Source: Chiloscyllium plagiosum
Taxonomy: Eukaryota
Direction: 5' to 3'
Assembly: GCF_004010195.1 (NCBI RefSeq)
Contig: NC_057718.1
Location: 97,761,300-97,825,299 of the forward strand
Length of the DNA stretch: 64,000 bases
Shown one piece after another: positions 25,231 to 37,934 of this stretch. How positions within the stretch are numbered: the stretch's first letter is position 1; each line of letters starts with the position of its first letter. Under the pieces are notes generated by a model. The model saw only the letters and a program-made list of their open reading frames with translations, was not told where the DNA came from and made no database searches. A program made the position numbers and the translations under genes.

Positions 25231-26263
25231 GAATTACATGAAGAAAGCCTGTTCTGGCATACGCATGACTCCAGACCCCAATTAACTACCCCCTGAGTTG
25301 GCTTAGCAAGTCATTCAGATTAAGGGCAATTGGGGTTGAGCAACTAATGCCAATGACACCCGCATCCCACAAATGAGAATAAACAAGATGTACCTTTGTC
25401 CCTCCAAAGTTGTGTTGAAAAATCAGTGTTGACGTTCCAGGATATCTCGCTGAAGAGGTCGCTACCTTCCAGTCTTAATTGGTCAGAATCTCGCGTGTAC
25501 CTATGAACTGGTTGCCTCCAGCAACATCACAACCTTAGAAACTGTCAGGCTAAGATACAAAAATGGTCTCAACTTAAAAGCGAAGGCTGTAAGATGCCAC
25601 TCCATAAATTCATTTGGTCAGTTGGTCCAACTTAGGAAATTGCCCTTGTGGTAAATAGATGTGATATGTGCAGGAAGTAAATTCTGAATAAATTTGCTCA
25701 TTTCCTCTCAGTTGTTGCTTGGATTAATCAGTTAATGAGCACTTTAAATAAAACATTCAGTGCTAGACCTGATGTTAATGTGCTTCCTACACAATTCGTC
25801 ACAGATAATTTTAGATCACGAGCAAAAGTTAGTGTGCATTCTGTTACTGTTGACTGACAAAAGAAATTCTATTTTAAACAAACTGCTAGCATTTTCAGTT
25901 GCAGCAAATTAAACCTCAGGGGGTGTTATGGAAAAAATGGCATTTTGCAACAGAGTTAGATTGAAGCATTGAATTAATTTAGCAGGGATCCTTTTTTTTC
26001 TCTTATCCTCATTTCTGAGGGTTATAGACCTCTCCTGGATTCGTGCTGGGAATGTACTGCAGTAGCTTGTCAATGTCTCCTTCAGGATGACAGACTGAGA
26101 AATTCTCCTGCTCTTGTCACTTTTACAGAGGAGTACTAGAAGGATTCAGAGGCTGTCAATTAACCTGCTGGGCAAGCATACTTTCCATGGAGAACAAGTC
26201 CAGCTGTGGGCATTCAAGCACACAGCTAGTGGGCTAGAGGTAGAGACATTATTACTGTGTCAC

Positions 26264-26849
26264 TATTATGACCCTGGCCAGACCCCCCTCAAGTATCTCA
26301 AGGAGGTGGCCTAGATCCTAACTTTTGTTTTATTTTAAAGGCAGATGTGAAGTGGGTGTTCCAGGCGTGATGTCCCTGGTCAAACCACTCAGCTTTAAGC
26401 GAAACAGGATGTACTTAAACGCTACACATGAAACACAGACAAAAGAAAATGGAATTTGGAATAACAAGTATTGGAAAGCTTAACCCAGCAACTTGACCAA
26501 GGAACTGTTCCAATCCAGTAACATTCCATAAACACAGCCCTCAGCAAAAAAAGGTAAATCAAAACACAGATTCTCACAGGTAGGATGGAACAACTTCCAA
26601 AGAGATTTCAGAGAAAAACAAACAGTCAGGAAATGTATGCTGAAGTTTGGAATCTTTCTCTGGACTCCAGCATCTTATAATTCCACAGCTAAACTAAACT
26701 AGAAGGAATCCAAACAGGGATTATGGGCCACTCTACTGCCATTGTTAAACTAGGCTCTTCCCAGACTCCTCAGCACCTCTGCCTTTACAACCTCACTTTT
26801 AAAAAAAACCAAGGCAAAAAAGCCTTTTTAAAGTGACGGCATTGTCACA
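26264..26849 (-). mobile_element. Solo LTR
   Basis: Minus strand TGTGACAATG...GGTCATAATA (decayed TG..CA); 5-bp TSD GTCAC/GCCAC (26259-26263, 26850-26854); interrupts a SINE head. Confidence 0.65.
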
Positions 26850-27405
26850 GCCACAAAACCTCTTGACGGGTAAGAGAAGATTGTAAATTTGACATGAGGC
26901 AGCGGGAGAAATGAAAAGTTATAAGAAAATTTTGAAACATTACCATCAATGACTAGGCAAACTTGGTATAACAATCTTCTTGTCAGTCATTGATTTACAC
27001 GCTATTGTGCTCTACATTTTGAATCACTCTGAGAGGAATATGTTGAAGGTTCCAGCTTTGACAAATGACAACATTCCAGTCATGATGTGTTTTTAAAACA
27101 TCGCATTTATCGTTGAAATTGGCTTGGCCATCAAAACTTCCTGAATTAGTTTATCAAATGCAATCAGATTCATTGGAAATGCGCCTTCTGGAGCTGACAG
27201 CTCCTGTCGCTGCATTGTCAGCTGGAAGTATTGACTTTGTAAATTGCATAAATAAATGTAGCTATGTGAAAATAAAGGCAATAAAGTCAAGCTTTACTGA
27301 AGTCCAACCTCCACGAAAATGCATCTGCAGCAATAATAAAGATTGTTGAAGAATGAGCAGAACAAATTTATTTGTGCTTTTTCAAAAGACATGGCCTTTT
27401 TTTTA

Positions 27406-27666
27406 AGATTACTTACAGTGTGCAAACAGGCCCGTCAAAGAGCACCCCACCCAGACCCATTTCCCTTTGACTATCACTACGGGCAATTTTAGCATGGCCA
27501 ATTCACCTAACCTGCACATTTTTGTACTGTGGGAGGAAACCGGAGCACACCCACACAGACACGGGGAGAATGTGCAAACTCCAAAAGACAGATGCCTGAG
27601 GCAGGAATTGAACCCTGGTCTCTGGCACTGTGAGGCAGCAGTGCTAACCACTGTGCCAACGTGCTG
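27406..27666 (-). mobile_element. HE1-type SINE
   Basis: Homology to the other copies, with internal deletions. Confidence 0.88.
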
Positions 27667-28448
27667 CTCTGCCTTCTCCAGCATTTATTACCCATCCCTA
27701 ATTGCCCTTGCAAGAGGCTTGCTGGGTCTTTTCAGAGGACATTTAGCCACATTGCTGTGGTCCTGAACACATTTGGAAATCAGGCTGGGTAAGGATGACA
27801 GAAATTCTTCCCTGAAGGATATGATGTGGAGGTGTCAGTGTAAGATTGGGATAGATAAAGTCAGAAGTCACACAAATTTATACTTACCTTTTGACACTCA
27901 TAATTACCTGGAATTATCTTGACATTATCTCTCCATCTATATATTCCGTGCCTGGATGCTTCCCTCCACTTCACCTGACAATGGAGCTGCTCTCTGAAAT
28001 CTTTTGGACTATAACCCAGTATCATGTGTCTTCAGACTTTAAAAGAGATGAGTGAACCAAATGGATTTTTGTAACAATTGTTGATCGTTGTCATTGCTGA
28101 AATAAGCTTTACTTTCCAGATTTACTGACCAAATTTAAATGCTGTGGTGGGGTTTGAACTTACACCTCGAGAATATAGTCCAGGCTTCTTCTAGCTCAGT
28201 AACCATTTCACTACCATCTCTCAAGAAGTGAACACATTGTCTGTGATCTCAGATGACGTCAAGCGTCCTGGGTACAACAGTTAATCAGCGACTGTTAAAA
28301 GATCCACAGGGTAGATATCCTCAGCTTTAGTTTTGAGTGATTAGTATCTCGATGCTTGGCAAGTTGCTCGGTAAAGGAAGCTGTGGTACTCCACCAGAGC
28401 TTTGACAACTGTCACTGCCAAGTTTCCAAAAAATAAAGTAGAGGCATT

Positions 28449-28995
28449 GAGTCATACAGCGCAGAAACAGACCCTTCAATCCAACCAGTCCATGCTTACC
28501 ATAATCCCATAAACTAAACTACTCCACCTGCCTACTCCTGGCCCATAGGGTGGCATGGTGGTGCAGTGGTTAGCACTGCTGCCTCACAGCGCCTGGGTTT
28601 AATTCTACCCTTGGGCGACTACCGGTGTGGAGTTTGCACATTCTCCCCATGTCTGTGTGGGTTTGCTCTGGTTTCCTCCCACAGTCTAAAGATGTGAATT
28701 GGCCAGGCTAAATTGTCAATAGTGTTAGGTGCATTAGTCAGAGGCAAATGGGTCTGGGTGGGTTGCACTTTGGAGGGTCGGTGTGGACTTGTTGGGCTGA
28801 AGGGCCTGTTTCCACACTGTAGGGAATCTAATCTAATCATGTTCCTCCAAACCTTTCCTATTCTAACATCCATCCAAATGTCTTTTAAACATTGTAATCA
28901 TACCCGCGTCCATCACCTCCTTATTCCACACGCAAACCACCCTCTGTGTAAAAAATTTGCCTCTTACGCCTTTTTTAGAATCTTTCTCCTCTAAA
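28449..28995 (-). mobile_element. CR1 3' end with a nested HE1 SINE (28548-28838, + strand)
   Basis: RGKFFTQRVVCVWN...TMFKRHLD; SINE head GGTGGTGCAGTGGTTAGCAC. Confidence 0.85.
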
Positions 28996-30479
28996 CTTAA
29001 AAATGTCTGAAATAATTTTCCTCCTTTTCTCATCTCACAGCTGGTCACAACAAGATGCATTTTTGAGAAAGAGTATTTTCGCCCATTTGAAAGTTGCATT
29101 ATTGAAGAACAAGCTTCTTGTTAAAGTAAGTTAAACAAGTAAGTTAAAATCAAAAGGAAGAATTGGCATTTATTTTTATGGCAGCCCCAATGCATGCAAC
29201 AAACACCCAATCTCCAAACAAGGAGACCCCCACAAGTAAGAAAAAGATGATTTATAAAGATATGAGCTACACTTACATTGCCACCAGAGATTTTTAAAAA
29301 TTAATTTATGGGATATGAGCATCACTGGCTGGGCCAACTTTTATTACCCATCCCTAATTGCCCAGAGGGCAGTTAAGAGGCAACCACTTTGCTGTGGGTC
29401 TGGAGTCACATTTAGGCCAGACCAGGTAAAGATTACAGATTTCCTTCCCTGAAGGACATTTGCGAACCAGATTGGTTTTTCCCAACAATCAACAATGGAT
29501 TCATGGTCATGATTAGGCCCTTGATTCCAAATATTAATTGAATTCAAATTTCACAATCTGCTGTTCCAGCATTCAAACCCAGAACCCAAGAATATTATCT
29601 GGGTCTCTGTTTAACAACCCAGCAATAATAGCTCCAGGCTACCACCTGCCCACAAGAAGCAAGTCACTGGTTTAACTTGTTCGTGAGACGGGGATTGAAA
29701 AATGATGCTGATGCGAATGATTCTTTGGTGTCTCCTCAACAACAAGTGGTATTGTCCCTACCTCTGAACCAGGTGGTCTATGTTCATGTCCTACCTGCTC
29801 CAGAGTTGTGTAATAACATCTCTGAACTTTTTGATTCAGAGAAAAAGATAAATGAAGGCTTGCAGTTTTGAGTGAAACTATGGGTAATCACTCCTGTAAT
29901 GAATAACCACAGTCAAAGTCACCTGACTTTCTGGAGTCAATTTTCTGAAGGTACACATGTTCATGATTCAATGTTGCTTTCTTTTGAAGTGTTCACCATC
30001 CATGCCTCACAGGCACAATGGGATAGTCACAGCCACTCCACTATAGCTGGAAGGCTGAGCTGGTACATTGGAGGCAAAGATAAATCTCACCATTTCTGTA
30101 TTCCTTCAGTGAAATGTGTCTCCCTCCATTGATTTTAACTCAGCATCAAGGTGCTAATCAATCAAAACCAGCTCCCTCGATGGGACATATCATTCATATG
30201 TCTGTCTCCAGACTCCCAATGCAACTGCACCATTTGAAACTCATGATAGGAGACACCCTGGAGAGTATGCTCTTCCTGAAGAGATTTAATTGTTGACGTC
30301 TTTCATAATCCCCTTTTCAGTGGATATGCCTATTGGTTGCTGTTGATTTCCTACTTACTGTGAGCAATCAGGTACCTAGCATGAATGATTATTCGCCCCT
30401 GGGCTAAGACCAGGAAACCTGAGCCCACAAGCTCTGCACATCAGTGATTTATTTTTTCTCCCTTTGACAATATTTCCTT

Positions 30480-31510
30480 ACATGGTACTTATTACAAGGG
30501 AACCGAGTGTAAAAATAGGGATATTTTGCCATAGCTGTACAAGGCATTGGTGTGACCAAATCTAGAGTACTGTGTACAGTTCTGGTCTCCTTATTTAAGA
30601 AAGGGATATAGTTGTAATAGAAGCTGTTCAGAAAAGGTTCACTCGATTACTTTCTAAGATGAATGAGATATCTTATGTTTGATTTCATTTGATTTGATTT
30701 ATTGTCATGTGTACCTAAATAGAGTGAAAGGTTTTGTTTGTGATCAGTACAGGCAGATTATAGAAAGCAAGGACATACGGGTCATGGGGTGAAAAAAGCT
30801 TAGACAGGCGTACAGAGTACATTGCATAGGACGAGGGTTAGGCAAGGTCAGCATTATTTGAAGTTAGAGAGTCCACTCATCAGTCTAATAACAGCCGGGA
30901 AGAAGCTGTTCCTGAACCTGCTGGTGTGTGTGTTCAGGCTTCTGTAACTTCTGCCTGATGGAAGAGCTTATAGGAGACCATTACAGGGGTGGGAGGGGTC
31001 TTTGATGATATTGGCAGCCTTTCCATGGCAGTGAGCCATGGAGTCCGTGGATGGGACGTTGGCTTCCATGATGGTCTCCGCTGTGCACACCGCCTTCTGC
31101 AGTCTCTTCCGTTGGTGGAGTTGGGTCAGTATCGATTCGCGTTCAGAAGATTGAAGAGTGATCTGTTTGAACTACGTAAGACTCTGAGGGGACTTAGCAG
31201 ACTGTATACTGAAAGGATGTTTCTTCTGTTGGGAGAAACTCGAACCAGGGGAGATGAATATCAGGAGGCTCCCACTTAAGAAAGAGATGAGGTGATGTTT
31301 GTGGAGTTCTCTTCCCCACAGAGGGGTGGAAAGAAGGCCATTGAATGTTTTTGAGGCAGAGGTAGATAGTTTGGTGACTGAGAGGAATTTGATGGGGAAG
31401 GTTGGGGGGAAAAGAAGGAAAGTGGAGTTAAGGCCACAATTAGCCCAGCCAGATCTTATCTCATGGTGATATAGGCTCAGGAGACTGAATGACTTGCTCC
31501 TAATTAATAA
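30480..31510 (+). mobile_element. CR1 3' fragment with a nested Rex1/Babar fragment (30678-31110, - strand)
   Basis: LEYCVQFWSPYLR; FRRLKSDLFE; the insert encodes RFRNSFFPAVIRLMSG on the minus strand. Confidence 0.8.
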
Positions 31511-31542
31511 TTTTACTTCTATTTCAGTAGTGCCTCATTTAT

Positions 31543-31829
31543 GATTAGATTAGATTCCCTACAGTGTGGAAACAGGCCCTTCGGCCCAACAAGTCCACAC
31601 CGACTCGCCGAAGAGCAACCCATTCAGACCCATTCCCCTACATTTACCCCTTCACCTAACACTACAAGCAATTTAGCATGGCCAATTCACCTGACCTGCA
31701 CATCTTTGGACTGTGGGAGGAAACCAGAGCACCCAGAGGAAACCCACGCAGACACTGGGAGAATGTGCAAACTCCACACAGTCAGTCGCCTGAGGTGGGA
31801 TTTGAACCCGGGTCTCTAGCGCTGTGAGG
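31543..31829 (-). mobile_element. HE1-type SINE
   Basis: Homology to the other copies; head truncated where it abuts the CR1. Confidence 0.9.
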
Positions 31830-32192
31830 GTTATAAAATCATGAAGGTCAAAGATACGGTAAACAGTCAAAGTCTTTTGCCCAGGATAAGGGAGTCCAAA
31901 AATGAAAGGCTTCTGTTTAAGGTGAGAGGGGAAAGGTATAAAAGGGACCTAAGGGGCAGCTTTTTCATGCAGAGGGTAATGTATGTATGGAACAAGCTGC
32001 CAGAGGAAGTGATGGAGGCTGGTACAATTACAACATTTAAAAAGTATCTGAATGGGTACATGATTTAGAGTGATATGGGCCAAGTGCTAGCAAATGGAAG
32101 TACATTAATTTAGGATACCTGGTCAGCATGGATGAGTTGGACCGAAGGCTCTGTCTCCGTGCTGTACATCTCTATGGCTCTACAACTCTATG
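31830..32192 (+). mobile_element. CR1 3' end
   Basis: KVRGERYKRDLRGSFFMQRVMYVWNKLPEEV; CTATGAC-type tail. Confidence 0.9.
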
Positions 32193-32977
32193 ACATTGTG
32201 GGCAGTAGTTGCAAGGTCTTTCTTAAATACCTTCTCTGCGGGCTGTACTCTGAATAATTTTGTATGTTGCAAGCTTTGTTTATCAACATAACTTTGAAAG
32301 AACATCTCATTGATGTGTTCAGCACATTAACTTTTTATATGGTTATCTTAAGCACTCATAACCATGAATCTGTTCAGACATTTGACCTTCAAGTATATAC
32401 AAAAGAGGGAAAGCAGAATGGAAAACTATTTTTTTTAAAAAATCACAGGCATTGTACGCTAAACGCATCCAAAGTTCTTTTCATAAATCTAAAGTCACCA
32501 ATATTAAGCAGAATTAGCCTGGGCACCAGCTGCATCAAGCCAGTATCTTTCCTTAGTTGCATAAATCACATGACTGAATATTTCCCTGTCTTGTTTAAGG
32601 ATTCCAAAATTGCTGTAAGGAAGGAAGATGAAAGGCTTGATTGTGAGTGCCATTTGCAGGCAGAGATGCAGAAGTCCTCAGTGCGAGAGATAGAATTACA
32701 ATACCTCATAATTGAAGCTAGTGGAAGGAATGATTAGTTTGATTGTCAATCAGTCAGGCAGATAAAGTTGCAGGCAGATAAATTAAAATAAAGCAAAGTC
32801 AGTAAGGGAAAATGTAAAAGGGATGAAAAGAGGGTCTCGCCCAGATTATTTCAGACAGAACTTTTGCTACCAACATGCTGTGAGAATGTAGTTAGACATG
32901 AGATGGATTGAATCCGTCTAAATCAAGAGCTAATAGGTTACATCAAAGTCTAAAATTACAGAGCAATATCAGAAATA

Positions 32978-33269
32978 GCACGGTGGCTCAGTGGTTAGCA
33001 CTGCTGCCTCACAGCACCAGAGACCTGGGTTCAATTCCCGCCTCAGGCGACTGATTGTGTGGAGTTTGCACATTCTCTCCGTGTCTGCGTGGGTTTCCTC
33101 CCACAGTCCAAAAATGTGCAGGTTGGGTGAATTGGCCATGCTAAGTTGCCCGTAGTGTTAGGTGAAGGGGTAAATGTAGGGGAATGGGTCTGGGTGGGCC
33201 GCGCTTCGGCGGGTTGGTGTAGACTTGTTGTGCCAAAGGGCCTGACTCCACACTGTAAGTAATCTAATC
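32978..33269 (+). mobile_element. HE1-type SINE
   Basis: A and B boxes, body, AATCT tail. Confidence 0.9.
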
Positions 33270-33555
33270 AAATAGGAGTTAGAATTGGCCATTTGCTTAG
33301 TTTAAAAAAATAATCATAGTTGATCAACTTCCTCAATTATTCCTGGACTAATCAACCATCCCTTAATCCCCTGAGTACTCCAAACTGACCAATCCTTACC
33401 TTGAAGATAACCAACATTCACGGCTTTCTAAGGTAAAGAGTCGCAAAGGTTCAACATTGCTTCAAATGGAGGGGGTCTCTTTCGTCTCAATCCCAAATGA
33501 CCGACCCTTATTCTAGATCCTCCAGCCACTGGAGCTATTTTCTCAGCATCCATGT

Positions 33556-33723
33556 TGGTAAAAACAAGGACTGCAGATGCTGGAAACCAGATTTGAGATT
33601 AGAGTGGTGCTGGAAAAGCACAGCAGTTCAGGCAGCATCCGAGGAGCAGGAAAATCAACGTTTCGGGCAAAAGCCCTTCATCAGGAATACAGGCAGAGAG
33701 CCTGAAAGGTGGAGAGATAAATT
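33556..33723 (-). mobile_element. Penelope-like pLTR, family B, with an intact hammerhead core
   Basis: Minus strand CTGATGA-A-GGGC-TTTT-GCCC-GAAACGTT at 33684-33657. Confidence 0.85.
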
Positions 33724-33944
33724 ATCCGAGGGGCATCGGATGATTATTTGGATAGAAACGGTGTGCAGGGATATGGAGGCAAGGTAGGAAATTGGCACCA
33801 GGTAACAGAATCAGTGCAGGAAAAATGGGTCAAACGGCCTCTGTTTGCTCTGTCACAATTCTGTGACTCTGCGACCTCCAGGGACCATCTTGTTGTTGTT
33901 CAAATGAAAGGCAGGTTAACTCAAACCAAATGACCCAGGGAATC

Positions 33945-34222
33945 AAGTCAGGATGTTGCCAGGGTTGGAGGATTTGAGCAATGGGGAGAGGCTGAACAGG
34001 CTGGGCCTGTTGTCCCTGGAGCGTCGGAGGCTGAGGGTGACCTCATAGAGATTTATAAAATCATGAGGGGCATGGACAGGGGAGTCCAAAACCAGAGGGC
34101 ATAGATTTAAGGTGAGAAGGGAAAGATAGGCAGGTGGGCTTATTAGTAAGAAGCAAAATTCAGTCAATAATAAGAAATGAACTCAGGTCAGATGGTGTAG
34201 AATCTGTTTGGGTAGAACTGAG
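33945..34222 (+). mobile_element. Two fused CR1 fragments (3' ORF2 and endonuclease)
   Basis: RMLPGLEDLSNGERLNRLGLLSLERRRLR, then SDGVESVWVELR. Confidence 0.75.
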
Positions 34223-35520
34223 AATTTTCTCCCCATTTAGAAAACACTCCATCCCTCTATTCTTCCTACCAAAGTGCATGACCTCATACTTTCCCACGTC
34301 ATACTCCATCTGCCACTTCTTTGCCCATTCTCCTAACTTGTCCAAATACTTATGCAACCTCCCCACCTCCTCAATGCTACTTGCCCCACTACCTATCTTT
34401 GTATCATCTGCAAACATAGTTCGAATGCCCTCAGTTTCTTCATCTGTATAGTTAATGGATAAAGTGAAAAGTTGTAGTCCCAACACTGAGCCTTGCGGAA
34501 CACAGTCTGTCACCAGCTGCCATCCTGAGAAGAAGCCTTTTTTCCCCACTCCCTGCTTTCTGCCAGATAGCTAAACTTATATCCATACTGGCACCTCGCT
34601 TCTAACACCATGGGCCCTTATCTTACTCAGCAGCCTCCTGTGCGGCACCTTGTCAAAGGTCTTTTTGAAGTCCAGGTAGATAACATGCATTGGCTCTCCT
34701 TGGTCTAAACTGCTCTTTACTTCCTCAAAGAATTCTAGAAGATTTGTCAGACATGACCTCCCCTTGATGAAACCACGCTGACTTTGCCCTATTTTACCAT
34801 ACACTTCCAAATATTCAGAAATCTCACTTTTTACAATGGATTCCAGGATCTTACCCACAACCAAGGTAAGGCTAATCAGTTTGTGATTTTCCCTCTTTTG
34901 CCTTACCCCATTTTTAAGCAGAGGTGTCACGTTAGTGATTTCCCAGTCCTCTGTGACCCTCCCTGATTCTAGCAATTCCTGAAAGATCACTACCTATGCC
35001 TCCACCATCTCTTCAGCTGTCTCCCTTAGAACTCTGGGTTATAGTCCATCTAGTCCAGATGATTTATCCACCCTCAGGCCATTCAGTTTTTCTCAAACCT
35101 TCTCCTTGGTGATGGACACCATACTCAGCTCTGCCCCCTCACTCTCTTGATTTTTTGGGATATTACTCATGTCTTCCACCGTGAAGATTGATGTGAAGTA
35201 AATATTCAGTTCCTCAACCATTTCCTTGTCCCACCACTATCTCTCCAGCGTCATTTTTCAGCAGCCCAATGTCCACTTTTGCCTCTTCTTTGCCCTTTAT
35301 ATATCTAAAGAAACTCTTACAGTCTTACTTTGTATTATTGGCTAGCTTATCCTCACATTTAATCTTCTTCCTCCTTTTTTTTAGTTGCCCTCTGTTGGTC
35401 TTTGTCAGCTTCCCAATCCTCTGGCTTCCCACAGCCTTTCACCACATTATATGCTTTCACTTTTACTTTTATCCTGTCCCTGACTTCTCGAGCCAGCATG
35501 GTTTCCTCCTCCTCTCTCTG
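34223..35520 (-). mobile_element. CR1 LINE ORF2 reverse transcriptase fragment
   Basis: GFIKGRSCLTNLLEFFEEV, VIYLDFKKTFDKVPH, VPQGSVLG, MFADDTKIG. Confidence 0.93.
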
Positions 35521-35524
35521 AAGG

Positions 35525-35935
35525 CATGCCACCAACCATTTTCACCATGCACTCACTTAACCAACAATACTTTGCGACAATGTTTCACCATCTATAAGAT
35601 GCACTGCAACAACCCATCCACGCTCTTCAACAGCGCATTCCAAACCTGCAACATCTACCACCTCTATCATGGACATCAGATACATGGAAGCATCACCCAC
35701 GGGAGCAAGTTTTCCTCTAAGCCACTCGCCATCCTGACTTGAAACTATATCACCATTCCTTTACTATTGCTGGGTCAAAATTCCAGAACTCCTTTCCTGA
35801 ACAACACCACGGTGTCCCCACACCTCAGGGACTGCAGCAGTTCAAGAAAGTACGCAACTGTAACCTCCTAAAGTCAGGAGGAATGAAAAATAAATGCTGG
35901 TCTAGACAGTGACAGTCACTTCCCACAGAAAATTG
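35525..35935 (+). mobile_element. LINE 3' end, CR1/L2 superfamily
   Basis: CFTIYKMHCNNPSTL...KFSSKPLAILT; homologous to 46570-47165 and 50150-50618. Confidence 0.7.
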
Positions 35936-36169
35936 ATAAATACGAAAGAATAGATGTGACTAACCATGATTTTTACAGATCTGATGAAAGGTCATCACCA
36001 TGAAACATTGACTCCCTCTACTTCTCTCTCCAGGAAAATGCTGCCAAACCTGCTGGAATTTCCAGCATTTTCTGATTTGAGTTTTATTTCCAAGCTGTTG
36101 GTTGCGGGCTCAGTGTTGATCAGCATCTCTCCACTTCTTCAATGGTAGGTGGCCTAGAAAATGTCTTAC

Positions 36170-36241
36170 CTGCCCTATTTAATGGGTGGGGACTGCAGTA
36201 GCTGAGATTCTGCACAGGGCGATGCTTCCTCGAGTGGTGAG
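36170..36241 (-). other. Candidate 72-bp internal exon (unverified)
   Basis: Acceptor TTTTTTTCCCCTGTAG|, donor CAG|GTAAGA, one open frame in phase 1/1: HHSRKHRPVQNLSYCSPHPLNRA. Confidence 0.3.
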
Positions 36242-37246
36242 CTACAGGGGAAAAAAACATCAAAGAGCACGGCTCACTCCTGTGGAGCCAATAGAACAAC
36301 ATCTCTCAACTTCACATCAATGTTCATTTGCAATCTGTATTCTTATGTCTGTGTGCCTCGGTGTCTTTTAACACAGCTATAATTGTGATGCTTATCAAAG
36401 TGCATTTATGTGAAATTCAAAGCAAATTATAGCCACTTTTGGCTATATGCCAATTTTTGAAAGTTCTTGTAGTCAGCATCTAACTTTTTGCAGAGCATCT
36501 CAAAGGCTCCTAGAGACGGTTCTGGTCATGCAATGGGTAGTGCTCTGCCTCGGTATCAGCAGCTCCAGGTTCAAAACCCACTCCAGGATTTGATGGTTAA
36601 AGCAGGTGTGTTAAGAAGTGAAGTGGCAGGTGGTAAGAATGGGGCAGATTCCTGGTGGGGTGAAAGTTGGGCCCTCTGTCATTGCTATCCATAGCTACAA
36701 TAGTTTTACAACAGGCATAAAAGTACATATTACGACAGCAGTTTCAGACTCCTGGAGTGACCTTAAACACAGATAGCCGTCACAATCTGCATTATCAAAA
36801 TTGTTTTATTTCTCTTCATCTTCCTTTGTGTAGTTCAACTAAATTGGCTATGTCAACCCATTTCAAGACCTCTCCAGCTACATGGAGTTGTTCTATCCCT
36901 AACCATCTCAACATGACCAGCATTTCACCAGCTATGTTTGCTCTTTCCTACCTTGCATTGTCCACCTTGGGTGCCCCAAGGTTAAATCCTCAGGGCTCAC
37001 ATTCTTCCCCACTTCAAAGGGTGATGAATACAATGAGGAGGTGCAGTCATCCAATTATTTGAACACATTAGCAGTGCACAGGTAATGAAGGCATTGCAAT
37101 CATCCACGCAACTGATTTCATGTCATTGACCCTGGGATCTCTGTCATTAAAACTCATCTGCCCTGGTCTGCCTGCTGAGCCCAACTCACATTTGGCAAAA
37201 TGAGGTCTGTCCTTCCTGGATTTCACCTTGCTACCACACTCTGCAT

Positions 37247-37313
37247 TATGTTGCCTAGACAGGGGACGAAACGTCTGCGAATCAGCTTCCCAGCTCAGTG
37301 AACATGCCCACAA
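37247..37313 (+). mobile_element. 67-bp Penelope pLTR insertion, family D
   Basis: Homologous to 12741-12800; 16-bp TSD CTAC(C/G)ACACTCTGCAT at 37231-37246 and 37314-37329. Confidence 0.8.
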
Positions 37314-37934
37314 CTACGACACTCTGCATCATTAGCGCTGAGATTTACAAAGGTGCAGCAGTTTCAGCCTCAGTCAATTTAGATTAAAGCTTTCCGAAAT
37401 TCTCAAGAGTTTCAAAAGCAATTTCTGTGACTACAAATATTATTTTTATTCATCATTTCTGTCACCTCAGTTCTCAGATATTGTTCAGAAGACACTTTTG
37501 CAGATATAGCTCCAGGTGAAGCTTTACTCATTGCTTTCCAGTTGATCTGGAGGCTACATTTTATTTTGCCAAAGGTTCACTTCTTTCTCAACGAGTGACT
37601 GATGATGGTAATTATTTCTGCTGTCCAAATAAGCAGCAAGTGCAGTGTTACCCGGAGAAATGTTTGTTAGGTCAGGTCCGTTTGCAATCTCTCCCCATCA
37701 CCCATCTTCAGCATACATACCACCTTTTCCTAGCTGCTATTAGTTCTGAAGAAGGTTCACTGAACTTCAAATGATAACTCTCTTTTCTCTCCACAGAGGC
37801 TCCACAGTTTCTCCAGCAATTTCTGTCTTTGTTTCTGATTTCCAGCATCCGCAGTTCTTTGTTATATTTTGGGCAGTTTGGCCAAGGGTGCTCACTGGTG
37901 ACACGGTGCAAGGAGAACAACCTCTCTCTCAGCC

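Noticed and set aside
32264..32737. 157-aa ORF
   Set aside because: No recognisable motif; composition is typical of random AT-rich DNA
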